Shown here: piece after piece, positions 45,040 through 55,400 of the stretch
Position numbering within the stretch: the first letter of the stretch is position 1
Layout of the letters: every line of letters begins with the position of its first letter
Source of the DNA: a virus
Lineage: Duplodnaviria; Heunggongvirae; Uroviricota; Caudoviricetes
IMG/VR virus record: IMGVR_UViG_3300032007_000048
Span: 1-64,000 of that record
Direction: 5' to 3' (one strand)
DNA: 64,000 nt
Translations under genes and position numbers: made by a program
Notes under the pieces: model-generated
Databases searched by the model: none
Told to the model about the DNA's origin: nothing
The model's input: the letters and a program-made list of their open reading frames with translations, nothing else

Positions 45040-45681
45040 ATGAGTAGAGTAGTTGATATACAGAGTGCCGCGACATTTGCGCCAACATCATATAGTGATA
45101 ATACTTTTACATCAAGCTATTATCAAAATCTTGATAATGGTTTGAATTCGCATGATGGTACCAACAATTATGCAAGGTTTACAATGCGAAATACTGATTA
45201 TCATATTTATTATGATTTTTCAGTAACTGATATTCCGGAAATTGCGACAATAAACTCTGTTACATGTCAAGTAAAAGGGTATGTACAAAACACATCATAT
45301 TACCCGTCCGTTCAACTATACACAAACACAACAGCGAAAGGTTCTGCAACAAGCATAACAAGTACATCTACAAGTAATGTTGTTAACCTCAATGTTGGCT
45401 CTTGGACTTTATCCGAATTACAAAATGCAAGGTTGTACATAAATACAGTTAATGTAACTACAAGGCAAAACCGTTATTTTTATTTTTATGGCGCAACCTT
45501 GACAGTAAACTACTCAGTAAACGGTACAATGTACGAAATCACAACTTCAAGTGAAACTGATTTGGCAACAATTGAACCTGCTTCACAAGAGATATTTGAA
45601 GGTGGTGATGGTACTGTTAAAATAGAAACAGATAATGTTGGTGATATTGTTGTTGAAGAGTATTTCAAGAAATATATTTGA
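45040..45681 (+). CDS. hypothetical virion (fibre-like) protein
   Basis: 213 aa, S/T/N/Y-rich. Confidence 0.45.
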   Translation: MSRVVDIQSAATFAPTSYSDNTFTSSYYQNLDNGLNSHDGTNNYARFTMRNTDYHIYYDFSVTDIPEIATINSVTCQVKGYVQNTSYYPSVQLYTNTTAKGSATSITSTSTSNVVNLNVGSWTLSELQNARLYINTVNVTTRQNRYFYFYGATLTVNYSVNGTMYEITTSSETDLATIEPASQEIFEGGDGTVKIETDNVGDIVVEEYFKKYI

Positions 45682-45706
45682 CACAACAAAAGTATATAAA
45701 ACAGAA

Positions 45707-45738
45707 AAGGTGACAGATTAATCTATCACCTTTTTTGT
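45707..45738. terminator. bidirectional intrinsic terminator
   Basis: ggtgacagat ta atctatcacc followed by ttttttg and preceded by an A-run. Confidence 0.65.
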
Positions 45739-46191
45739 TTAGAGCATGTTGTTATATTCTTCGACTGCGAAGTAAACATTGACCTCAACACAATGGTTAA
45801 AGTCATCAGGTTCGTCATCCATAGGCTCATAAATTTTATATGACACAGTAAAGCCACCTGAACTGATTTCATTACATCTATCTTCAAACAGTTCACAAAG
45901 CAAATTTAATAGGTTTTCTTTGATTTGTTTAATCGTTGGCACTTGGTCACCCGTACAATACCAATGCCAATCAAGTGCTTCCATTGTGTCATGTATTTTC
46001 TGAAAATCAATGGTGTTCATTATCTCTTTTATACAATCAAGCATTTGTCTTTCACCTTCAGGTGTTGAGATGTAGTCGTCAATTGTTTTTAAGACCCTAA
46101 ATGGTTCTGGTTCATTACCTTCTTCTTCAAATGCTTCGTTTTTTTTGTCTAAGTATCTTTCATAATACTTGTCTTTAAGTGTTTTAGCCAT
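45739..46191 (-). CDS. hypothetical protein
   Basis: 150-aa ORF. Confidence 0.45.
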   Translation of the reverse strand: MAKTLKDKYYERYLDKKNEAFEEEGNEPEPFRVLKTIDDYISTPEGERQMLDCIKEIMNTIDFQKIHDTMEALDWHWYCTGDQVPTIKQIKENLLNLLCELFEDRCNEISSGGFTVSYKIYEPMDDEPDDFNHCVEVNVYFAVEEYNNML

Positions 46192-46213
46192 TTTTCTATT
46201 TATGTTTTAGTTA

Positions 46214-46807
46214 TTATTGTTGTTTTCCGCTAATGTTTATAGCAAAATCATATAAGGAAGGATATCTCATTATTTTTTCGCAATTGCTTTTTACCTTCAA
46301 CTCTTCTAAAGAAATGTTCTTGTTATATGGGGCATCTATTATCACACCATATTTTGCGTTACATCCTTCAAAGTTCCAATCATTGTCATCAACAAAATAT
46401 GTTGGGTGTAACAATGTTTTGTCTTTTAAAAAACAAATGCCGTTAGGTATAATGTCATGTTTTTCCAACCATTCCAATGTGTCCTTCTTGTTTTTGTAAC
46501 TTTTTTGATATGTCACTATAATAACATCACCATATTCTTTCAAAATGTCAATAGCCTCTTTTATTTTTGGTAATGCCTCCGATTCAAGAAACAGTTCCGT
46601 GCTATGTTTTTGAAAAAACCATTGAGAGCCAGTCATTCCTGTTTCTGATTTTATTCTTGGGAATGAGTTATCTACCACAAAGTCCGTGATGTCATCATAA
46701 GTAAGGTTATCTTTAAATTCTTTGTTGTACAAAGACACCATATTACTTAATAGTGCCCTAAGTACTTCATCACAATCAATTGCGAATGTTATTTTATTTT
46801 TCGTCAT
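46214..46807 (-). CDS. HAD-superfamily hydrolase, 5'(3')-deoxyribonucleotidase-like (putative)
   Basis: 197 aa. The N-terminal FAIDCDEVL matches HAD motif I DxDx(V/T) in an NT5C-like context. Confidence 0.4.
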   Translation of the reverse strand: MTKNKITFAIDCDEVLRALLSNMVSLYNKEFKDNLTYDDITDFVVDNSFPRIKSETGMTGSQWFFQKHSTELFLESEALPKIKEAIDILKEYGDVIIVTYQKSYKNKKDTLEWLEKHDIIPNGICFLKDKTLLHPTYFVDDNDWNFEGCNAKYGVIIDAPYNKNISLEELKVKSNCEKIMRYPSLYDFAINISGKQQ

Positions 46808-47690
46808 TTTCTATAATGTTTCTAAAATCAATATTGTGTTCTTGTAAAATTTTAATAAGTTTTCTTGTGTACGCTAAATTTTCCCTTATTGTTTCGTTGG
46901 CATAATCTAACTCTTTACTTTTTTTGCTCCAACATTCTTCCCAATATTCATGACTTTCCTTTTCTTTTTCATATTTTTTCATTAAATCAAAATAAGACAA
47001 TTTCTCATTTTCAGGTTTGTTCACCACTTCGTTTAATTGTTCTTTTACTTTGTCTGTTTTTTCTTTTTCATCACCGGCTTTAGTTCTCCAATCTCTGTAA
47101 TTGTAATAAAATTTGTCTGTGAGATTAAGACCCTCAACAGTGTTTTTCTTAGTCGTGAGTTTGGGTGCTGTTTTAACTATCTTAAAATATGGATAATAGG
47201 AAATCATATATATCAAACCGCTGTATTCAGGAACCTCATCTTCTGTAACCAAGTTCTCAGGTACGGCATAATAAAAATATGTGGGTAACATTATCTCACT
47301 GTACTTATATTGTTCAGGATGTTTATCAACAAATTTTGTAAACATTTCCTCATCGTATATTGAATAATTCTTGTATTTTTCCAACATACTATAATATTTT
47401 GGTGTGTACCCATCCAAGTTTTTATATTTGCCTTCAAACAATTGATGCTTGTCAGTCTTATGTTTGAAATCGTTTTTAAAGTCCGCTTTGGATATTTTAA
47501 TCTCAAACTCATAAGTCACGTCAGATTTTGTCATTATCCACAAGTCAGATTCCCATCCATATAGATAAAGATTCTCAGCAATGTACTTAATATTGTTAGG
47601 TGACATGAAATAATTAGACAATCTTTTTTGTATTAATTCTTCCGTATATATAGTTTTTTTAAGGATTCCCATTATTTTGTCTTTTTCCAA
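46794..47690 (-). CDS. hypothetical protein
   Basis: 298-aa ORF. Confidence 0.45.
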   Translation of the reverse strand: MEKDKIMGILKKTIYTEELIQKRLSNYFMSPNNIKYIAENLYLYGWESDLWIMTKSDVTYEFEIKISKADFKNDFKHKTDKHQLFEGKYKNLDGYTPKYYSMLEKYKNYSIYDEEMFTKFVDKHPEQYKYSEIMLPTYFYYAVPENLVTEDEVPEYSGLIYMISYYPYFKIVKTAPKLTTKKNTVEGLNLTDKFYYNYRDWRTKAGDEKEKTDKVKEQLNEVVNKPENEKLSYFDLMKKYEKEKESHEYWEECWSKKSKELDYANETIRENLAYTRKLIKILQEHNIDFRNIIENDEK

Positions 47691-47726
47691 AAATACTGAA
47701 AAAAAACATAAAAATCAAAAAAAAAA

Positions 47727-48527
47727 ATGAATTCAATAGACTATTTATATGTAAAATGTTTAATAATGACAATACAGGAAATTTTTAATAAAATACTTGT
47801 TTTTTTAGGTTTTTCATTTTCAGAAAACAAAAAAAATGAGACAATTGAAGAGACAGTTGAGTCTAATGCCGGTATTGTGGAAAATAGTAAGGAAGATATG
47901 TACAATTATAATGGTAAAGTGATTCTTTTAGACAATGGTCACGCGAGGTCAACAGTGGGGAAAAAAGGACCTTTTTTTGAAGATGGAACAAGATTCTATG
48001 AGTATGAGTTTAATAGGGACATTGTTAAAAGGATTACCGAAAAATTAGATAAATTAGGTGTTAAATATCATGTTATAGTACCTGAGTTGGAAGAGGATAT
48101 ACCGTTGTCCACAAGAGCGAACAGAGCAAACAAATATTGTAACCAATATGGGAAAAATAATTGTTTGTTCATATCTGTTCATTCAAATGCGGCTGGAAAT
48201 GGAAAGGAATGGAAAAACGCAAGGGGTTGGTCAGTATATACAACCAAGGGTATAACCAAATCAGATGATATAGCGACCGTGTTCTGGAATGAGGCAAACA
48301 AATTGTTACCTGAGTATGGTATGACCATGAGAAAAGATATGACCGATGGTGACCCAGATTATGAGGCTAATTTCACTGTGATATATAAGACATTATGTCC
48401 TGCGATATTAACTGAAAATTTATTTTTCGACAATAAGAAAGATTGTGAGTTTCTTATGTCTGACGAGGGTAGAGATGTTATTGCTCAAATACATGTCAAT
48501 GCAATAAAAAGAATATGTTTTGAATAA
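47727..48527 (+). CDS. N-acetylmuramoyl-L-alanine amidase (Amidase_3-type endolysin)
   Basis: 266 aa. DNGHARST, ISVHSNAAG and LTENLFFDN correspond to the His/His/Glu zinc-site motifs of the CwlV/AmiC family. Confidence 0.7.
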   Translation: MNSIDYLYVKCLIMTIQEIFNKILVFLGFSFSENKKNETIEETVESNAGIVENSKEDMYNYNGKVILLDNGHARSTVGKKGPFFEDGTRFYEYEFNRDIVKRITEKLDKLGVKYHVIVPELEEDIPLSTRANRANKYCNQYGKNNCLFISVHSNAAGNGKEWKNARGWSVYTTKGITKSDDIATVFWNEANKLLPEYGMTMRKDMTDGDPDYEANFTVIYKTLCPAILTENLFFDNKKDCEFLMSDEGRDVIAQIHVNAIKRICFE

Positions 48528-48544
48528 AAAAATAACAATATATT

Positions 48545-48919
48545 ATGGGAATAATAGAAAGAATTGGTAAAACACTTTTGATTAAAAGTAATCAGTTAGT
48601 TGGAGGAAAAGCTAAACTGCCTACTACAAGCCAAATTGAGGTGGGTGAGTTAGCTATTAATTATCATAATGGCTATGAGACAATTTCAACCATTAATGAC
48701 AACAATGAAATTGCCACATTCTCATCTGATAGTCAAGTTAAAGATTGGCTTGCTCATGTTAGTGGTTTGCCGGCTGTTACAACTGAGGATAACGGTAAAA
48801 TATTGATTGTTTCCGAAGGTGAGTGGATATTGGCAACACCTTCAACAATTTATACCGGTTCAGGTACACCGGCACAAAACTTGGGAAAAGATGGTGATAT
48901 TTTCTTACAAACTTCATAA
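48545..48919 (+). CDS. hypothetical protein
   Basis: 124-aa ORF between the endolysin and the tailspike. Confidence 0.4.
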   Translation: MGIIERIGKTLLIKSNQLVGGKAKLPTTSQIEVGELAINYHNGYETISTINDNNEIATFSSDSQVKDWLAHVSGLPAVTTEDNGKILIVSEGEWILATPSTIYTGSGTPAQNLGKDGDIFLQTS

Positions 48920-48938
48920 TTTCTAAAACAAAAGCAAA

Positions 48939-51900
48939 ATGGATTATCAGAAAGTAAATAATACATGGAAACCTGTTTCCGGTTATTATAGAAAAAATAA
49001 TGGCGTTTGGGAAACAATAGATGCTACCACATTTGAAAATTTTGTATCATCAAATGTGGTAATGTTTGGTGGTTCTGTTGACGGAAACCACACCTTGACT
49101 ATAGGTGGTATCACAAGCATAAGTGGTGTGTCATGTTCTTTTACCGCAATATATGATAATATGACAAACGTGACAACTGCTGCGACTTGGAGTATTGTTA
49201 GTGGTTCTTCTTATGCCACAATAAGCGCACATACAGGTGAAGTTGAAATTTTGTCTACAGCAAATGAAAGCAATGTTATTATACAGGCATCATATCTTAA
49301 TGTGGCAACCACACAAGAATTAACATTAACTTATTATACAGGTTCAACAAGTGAGACTGAAACTGAAATTGATATAGATGAAAGTGGTAACACAACCACA
49401 ACCACAACAACCACCACAACAAACGAGGATGGTTCATCATCTGTTATCACAACAACAGTTGTCACAGATGAAAGTGGTAACACAATCGGTTCAAGTGAAA
49501 GTAATAAAGATATTAATTCTGATGGTTCATTTAATGCCACAACAACCAACTATGATAGTGAAGGTAATGCCACCGATGGTATTAATCAAAGTGGTGATAC
49601 AAGCGGTAATGTGAGTAGTCAGGAAGTTGAGTACGATGAAAGTGGTAATACAACTGTGACAGGTTATCAAATTGACACTTCAGGTAATCCAGATGGTACT
49701 AAAGAATTTAACGGTGATGGTGTCAACACTGAATACTATGCTTTTGATGTGACACAAGGATTTATCGCTGACATACATTTTGTTATCAATTGTAATAACA
49801 GTCCAACTGGACAAAACGAAAATCACCATAATATACTGACAGCGAAAAGAAGTTCACCTTCACCTTGGTACGGATTCCAATTAAGACAAACACTCACAGC
49901 AAAAACAATTACGTTGGGTACACAGTTCTCTACTGGAAGTAATATTAATACTACAATACAACCAATGCCTACAACAGGTAATAACCTTGAATATAACCTT
50001 AGAATTATATACAACCCTACCGTTTCAACAAATTCTTTTATTTGTAGAAACATGGCAACAGGACAAAATGTATATACAAGTAATGGAAAATTCCCAGACA
50101 TTGATGACCTTAGATATATTAAGGTCACAATTGGTTATGCTATGGATGAGAATGGAGACCCGTTCAGATATTCGGATATTGATGTGAAAAATTTCTCAAT
50201 CAGAAGACTTGAGCAACTTTATACTCCTGTTATATCTTGTAGTCATAATGTTGTTACCATTTCTTGTGAAACAACAGGTGCTGATATATATTACAAACTA
50301 AATCAAACCGGAAGTTTTATGCAATATACATCAGCATTCACAATAAGTGCTGACACAATTGTTGATGCTTATGCGGTATATTGTGATGTTAATAGTGATA
50401 CTGTCACTGAGGTTTGTAGATATGAAGAAGAAGGCGTGAAAGCACCTGTTATTACTTGTGACGGAACAGGTGTTACCATTACTTGTGAAACCGAAGGTGC
50501 AACCATTTATTATAAATGTAACCATGTTGGTGGATACAGTGCATATACACAAACATTCCCAATAACTGCCGATACTTTTGTGGAATCATACTCTATGTTA
50601 GATGAGGAAACAAGTCAGGTTGTCAGTGAAATGTGTATTTATAGTGAAACACATGATTATTCTCTTGACTATCTTACCTTTAGGGTTAAATCTGGCGGAA
50701 CAATTTCTTGGAATTCTGTTGGCACACAACAAGTGAAGGCAATTCAGTATAGTCTAAACAATGGTTCATGGACATATTTAGTGCCATCATCTGTTGGTTC
50801 ATCTGTTTCAATAACTGTGTCTGAGGATGATGTGGTAAGAATCAAGGGTTCTAATGCATCTTATGGTACAACCAATGAGGATTACATGGGATTCAGTGGT
50901 GGAACTGCGGTGTTTGATGTCGAAGGTAACATAATGAGTCTTGTTTACGGTGATAACTTTGTTGGAAATACCGCACTTACAGGAACATTTAACTTCTGTT
51001 CATTGTTTAAGCAAGCAAATGTTATATCAGCAGAAAACCTCGTCTTACCAGCAACCACTTTGACACCATACTGTTATCGTGCATTATTTGCCAATAGTGA
51101 AACAGTAGCAATTGCACCTGCGTTACCGGCAACAACACTTGCGGAAGGTTGCTATCGTTATATGTTCCAATATAATGCAATAAGAACCGCACCTGAACTT
51201 CTTGCACCTGTGTTGGTTTATGATTGTTATGAAGGAATGTTTAACAATTGTCATAACTTGAATTATATTAAATGTTTAGCCACTGATATTTCTGCATCAG
51301 CAGCAACTGCTAATTGGGTTACAGGTGTGGCATCATCAGGTACATTTATTAAAAATGCCAGTACAGAATGGGTTCTTGGTATTAGTGGTATTCCTACAAG
51401 ATGGGATGTTATTGATGAGGGACTTCAAGCACCTGTCATATCTTGTGATGGTCTCCATATAACTTTGGTATGTTCAACACAAGGTGCAAGCATTTATTAC
51501 AAATTGAATAGTCAAGGTGATTACGCATTATATTCCACACCTATATCAATTTCTGCTGATACTTTCATTGAAGCATACTCTATGTTAGATGAGGAAACAA
51601 GTGAGGTTGTCAGTGAAACTTGTATATATGATGATGGAATTGATGAACCTGTTATATATTGTGATGGTGAGTATGTCACCATATCTTGTGCAACAGGAGG
51701 TGCGTCAATCTATTATAAGTTTGATTTAGACCCTATTTATAATCCATATGATTCAGCAATTGCGATTTCAGCAGACACAGTATGTTATGCATATTCTGAA
51801 ATTGACGGTAGACAAAGTGAAGTTGTCTCAGCCACTTGTGTTTATGATGATTCACTTAAAGCACCTATCATTGAATGCAATGGAACTGTAGTTACAATTA

Positions 51901-54900
51901 CATGTCACACAGTAGGTGCTGATATAAACTATAGATTAAACGAAGAAGGAACATATTCCTTATATAATGCACCAATAGTTATTTCAGCAGACACAATAGT
52001 TGAGGCATATTCTGAGAAAGATAGTGTAGTAAGTACTATCGTAAGTGCATTTTGTGAATATAGTGATGTTCATGACTATTCCCTTGATTATCTTACGTTC
52101 AGAGTTCTTTCAGATGGTACAATCGGTTGGAATTTAGTTGGAACCGGTTTTTCTAAAACAATTCAATATAGTAAAAATGATGGTGCATGGACAACTTTAA
52201 CACCAAGTACTTCAACTACAATATCGGTTGTAACAGGAGATGTTATAAGGTTCAAAGGAACTAACATATCATACGCAAATGATAAATCAAATTATTCAGC
52301 GTTTGGTTCATCCGAAGCCAATGTAGGTGGTGGAACCGGCGCAACATTTAATATAGAAGGTAACATAATGAGTCTTGTTTACGGTGATAACTTTGTTGGA
52401 AACACCGCACTTACAGGAACATATAACTTCTGTTCATTGTTTAAATTAACAAATGTTGTATCAGCAGAAAACCTCGTCTTACCTGCAACCACATTAAAAG
52501 AGTATTGCTATCGTGCAATGTTTAGTAGATGTTATGAGTTAGTTAAAGTTGTCGAATTACCGGCAACAACGTTAGCAAAAGGTTGTTATTGGTATATGTT
52601 TGACAAATCAGCATCATTTGAGGTAGCACCTGAATTACCTGCCACAACACTTGTTGCGGAATGTTATGGACATATGTTCGAGGAATGTACAAGTCTTAAT
52701 TATATTAAATGTATGGCAACTACAGGATTTACCGCAAATAATTGTAAAGCATCATGGACAAGTGGTGTTTCCGCTACAGGTACATTTGTTAAAGACAGTT
52801 CTGCATCCACATCCACTTGGTCTAAAGGTGCAAGCGGCATTCCTACAGGTTGGTTAGTATATGATGATGTGGCAATTGATGCTCCTGTCATTTCCTGTGA
52901 CGGATATAACAACGTAACCATTACTTGTGATACAACAGGTGCTACAATTTATTACAAACTTAATGGCGAAGATAATTATGCCACATATAACACACCAATA
53001 GTCATATCTGCAACCACTGTTGTAGAGGCATATTCTGAAAAAGATGGCCAAGAAAGTAGAGTTGTTTCACAAACTTGCGAATACATAAGTGATGTTCCTT
53101 TGGAAGCATGTAACAGGGATTTAACCAAATGGACTTACAGCAATCAGGAAATAACAACACCATATTCTGTTAATAGAATAGATGGCCATAGTGCAAGTTA
53201 TGCAAAGGGAACATTCAATTTTGAGACAAGTTTCGCTTTGCGTGAGGTACAGCCAACATATTTATGGTTCCAACATGCAGACCAATCTGCCACAATATAT
53301 GTGGATGATGTTTTAGTGGAAAAACACTGGGGTGGTTATGCTGCGTTTTCAGTTGACATATCAGAGTTTGTTCATAGCGGAACAAACAGAGTAAAGGTTG
53401 CTCTTAAAAATAATGAGGGAAACAACCTTGCTCCTGCGAGTGCTGACTTTAACTTCAACGCCACACTTGGTAATGTTAAACTTTATACAAGTCCTGTAGT
53501 ACCTGATATGATTTATGGATATGACGGATTCCATGTCACTTCGGATGTGGCGTTATCTTCCGCAACCATTGAAGTTAAAACAAGTGTTCCTACAGGTGCA
53601 ACCGTAACTTGTGAGATAAGTGATGGTACATATCATTATGGTGCGTCAGGTAGTAGTACAGGTGAAGAAATGATATTTAGTGCAACTGTTACCAATCCTC
53701 ATCTATGGAATGGTACAACTGACCCTCACTTATATAACATAACACTTAATGTTTATCATAATGGTGATTTGTATCACACATATCAAAGACCTTATGGTTT
53801 GAGATTCTATAGTTATGTAATCAATGAAACTGTCAATGGAGACACATATACAGGCTTCTTACTTAATGGGCAACCATATTTGTTAAGGGGTTGCTGTATG
53901 CATGATGATATTGATGGAAAGGCTAACGCATTGGATGATGATGATTATACACAGACATTCAGCATTATTCAAGAACTTGGTGCTAATTTCCTACGCCTTG
54001 CACACTATCCACATCCAAAGGAAACCTATGATTGGTGTGATAGATTAGGTATTATTGTACAGACAGAAGGACCTTGTGTTAATAAAATGCAGTCAACAAT
54101 GCCAGCTGATTATTATACACACCTTATTGGACAATATAATGACATGGTAAATCAGCATTATAATCACCCATGTATTTGCTTCTGGGGATTAAGTAACGAA
54201 ACCACAACTGATGATAAGGCTTTTGCAAAAGAAAAGATAAATGGTTATATTGCACAAATTAAAGCCTTAGATTCAGAGCGTATGGTAGGTTATGTTATGG
54301 CTCAAGGTCCTGGTTCTGACCCAAGTGCATATTATAATAATCCAGATGCTGATTGGTTCGGTTGTAACATTTACGAAGGTTGGTATAGTAGCCCCAATTC
54401 AAATAATCCATCAACTCAGATAAACACTCGTGTTAAGAACGTTATAACCAATAAGAGTAAGGCTCTTGCTTATTCAGAGTATGGTTGTGGCGGTACGCAA
54501 CATTGTCACTCTGACGATTATATGACAACAACAACAAGGGGTAATCGTGAAAGGCATGATATTGAGTATATGATGTGGTTACATGAAGGTCATATAGCGG
54601 CAATTAAGAACTATCCTCAACTATTATTCACTTCACAATGGCAATTATTTGATATCGCAGTGTCTAACAGAAATGAAGGTTATACTGTATGTCTTGACGG
54701 TGTTATTACATCTACAAATGATAATTTAAGGAGATTAAATGACAAGGGTCTTGTTGAAAGAGACCATCGTACAAAGAAGGATGTTTTCTATCTTTACAAG
54801 GCATGGTGGAACACAACAGATATATTTGTACATATTTGTGGTAAAGACTATACCAAGATGACAGATAGGGTTATTAAATGTTATACTAACTATAATAATA

Positions 54901-55046
54901 GTTTATCACTTTATGTAAATGATACTTTTGTTGAGACTGTTTCCGTAACTGACAATATTGCAACATTTACTGCAAGAACTTTCAGTGCAGGTGATGTGGT
55001 TAGAGTTGAAGGTGGTTCAATTAATGACACATTCACTTTTAAATAA
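48939..55046 (+). CDS. giant tail/tailspike protein: Ig-like (CHB_HEX_C/Fn3-like) repeats, two LRR modules, C-terminal GH2-type glycoside hydrolase
   Basis: 2035 aa. Thr-run and DESGNT low-complexity region. About 7 repeats of APVI(S/T)CDG..VTI(T/S)C.T.GA.IYYK. Two LPATTL..CY..MF modules, each ending NYIKC(L/M)AT. C-terminus: GH2 sugar-binding signature IYVDDVLVEKHWGGYAAFSVDISEFV, TIM-barrel signature FLLNGQPYLLRGCCMHDDIDG...GANFLRLAHYPHPKETYDWCDRLGIIVQTE, and acid/base WGLSNE. Confidence 0.7.
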   Translation: MDYQKVNNTWKPVSGYYRKNNGVWETIDATTFENFVSSNVVMFGGSVDGNHTLTIGGITSISGVSCSFTAIYDNMTNVTTAATWSIVSGSSYATISAHTGEVEILSTANESNVIIQASYLNVATTQELTLTYYTGSTSETETEIDIDESGNTTTTTTTTTTNEDGSSSVITTTVVTDESGNTIGSSESNKDINSDGSFNATTTNYDSEGNATDGINQSGDTSGNVSSQEVEYDESGNTTVTGYQIDTSGNPDGTKEFNGDGVNTEYYAFDVTQGFIADIHFVINCNNSPTGQNENHHNILTAKRSSPSPWYGFQLRQTLTAKTITLGTQFSTGSNINTTIQPMPTTGNNLEYNLRIIYNPTVSTNSFICRNMATGQNVYTSNGKFPDIDDLRYIKVTIGYAMDENGDPFRYSDIDVKNFSIRRLEQLYTPVISCSHNVVTISCETTGADIYYKLNQTGSFMQYTSAFTISADTIVDAYAVYCDVNSDTVTEVCRYEEEGVKAPVITCDGTGVTITCETEGATIYYKCNHVGGYSAYTQTFPITADTFVESYSMLDEETSQVVSEMCIYSETHDYSLDYLTFRVKSGGTISWNSVGTQQVKAIQYSLNNGSWTYLVPSSVGSSVSITVSEDDVVRIKGSNASYGTTNEDYMGFSGGTAVFDVEGNIMSLVYGDNFVGNTALTGTFNFCSLFKQANVISAENLVLPATTLTPYCYRALFANSETVAIAPALPATTLAEGCYRYMFQYNAIRTAPELLAPVLVYDCYEGMFNNCHNLNYIKCLATDISASAATANWVTGVASSGTFIKNASTEWVLGISGIPTRWDVIDEGLQAPVISCDGLHITLVCSTQGASIYYKLNSQGDYALYSTPISISADTFIEAYSMLDEETSEVVSETCIYDDGIDEPVIYCDGEYVTISCATGGASIYYKFDLDPIYNPYDSAIAISADTVCYAYSEIDGRQSEVVSATCVYDDSLKAPIIECNGTVVTITCHTVGADINYRLNEEGTYSLYNAPIVISADTIVEAYSEKDSVVSTIVSAFCEYSDVHDYSLDYLTFRVLSDGTIGWNLVGTGFSKTIQYSKNDGAWTTLTPSTSTTISVVTGDVIRFKGTNISYANDKSNYSAFGSSEANVGGGTGATFNIEGNIMSLVYGDNFVGNTALTGTYNFCSLFKLTNVVSAENLVLPATTLKEYCYRAMFSRCYELVKVVELPATTLAKGCYWYMFDKSASFEVAPELPATTLVAECYGHMFEECTSLNYIKCMATTGFTANNCKASWTSGVSATGTFVKDSSASTSTWSKGASGIPTGWLVYDDVAIDAPVISCDGYNNVTITCDTTGATIYYKLNGEDNYATYNTPIVISATTVVEAYSEKDGQESRVVSQTCEYISDVPLEACNRDLTKWTYSNQEITTPYSVNRIDGHSASYAKGTFNFETSFALREVQPTYLWFQHADQSATIYVDDVLVEKHWGGYAAFSVDISEFVHSGTNRVKVALKNNEGNNLAPASADFNFNATLGNVKLYTSPVVPDMIYGYDGFHVTSDVALSSATIEVKTSVPTGATVTCEISDGTYHYGASGSSTGEEMIFSATVTNPHLWNGTTDPHLYNITLNVYHNGDLYHTYQRPYGLRFYSYVINETVNGDTYTGFLLNGQPYLLRGCCMHDDIDGKANALDDDDYTQTFSIIQELGANFLRLAHYPHPKETYDWCDRLGIIVQTEGPCVNKMQSTMPADYYTHLIGQYNDMVNQHYNHPCICFWGLSNETTTDDKAFAKEKINGYIAQIKALDSERMVGYVMAQGPGSDPSAYYNNPDADWFGCNIYEGWYSSPNSNNPSTQINTRVKNVITNKSKALAYSEYGCGGTQHCHSDDYMTTTTRGNRERHDIEYMMWLHEGHIAAIKNYPQLLFTSQWQLFDIAVSNRNEGYTVCLDGVITSTNDNLRRLNDKGLVERDHRTKKDVFYLYKAWWNTTDIFVHICGKDYTKMTDRVIKCYTNYNNSLSLYVNDTFVETVSVTDNIATFTARTFSAGDVVRVEGGSINDTFTFK

Positions 55047-55123
55047 TTGACACTATTTATAATAAAACTAAATTGTTAAATATAGATTTTTATGACACAA
55101 ATTAAACTAACAGAACAACAATA

Positions 55124-55281
55124 AGAAAGATTGTGAATTTCTTATGTCTGATAAGGGTAGGGATGTGATAGCGCAAATACATGTTAAAGGAAGAAACGGT
55201 TGGTACACAATAGAAGATTATAGTATTTTGAGTGAATTGTTACCAAAAGATAGGATTTACAAAACCAAAAAATTAGAATGA
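55124..55281 (+). pseudogene. remnant of an amidase gene 3' end
   Basis: 55124..55185 is 89 percent identical to the endolysin 3' end 48435..48496 (both encode KKDCEFLMSD.GRDVIAQIHV). The open frame continues to the TGA at 55279..55281 without a plausible start. Confidence 0.45.
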
Positions 55282-55400
55282 GAATATTTTTTTTAAGGTA
55301 ACACTTAATCTGACTAAGTATGACTATAAAATACTAACATTTAGTGGTGTTTTTTCTTTTATTTAACTATTTATAATATAACAAAAAAGTTTTTATTATT

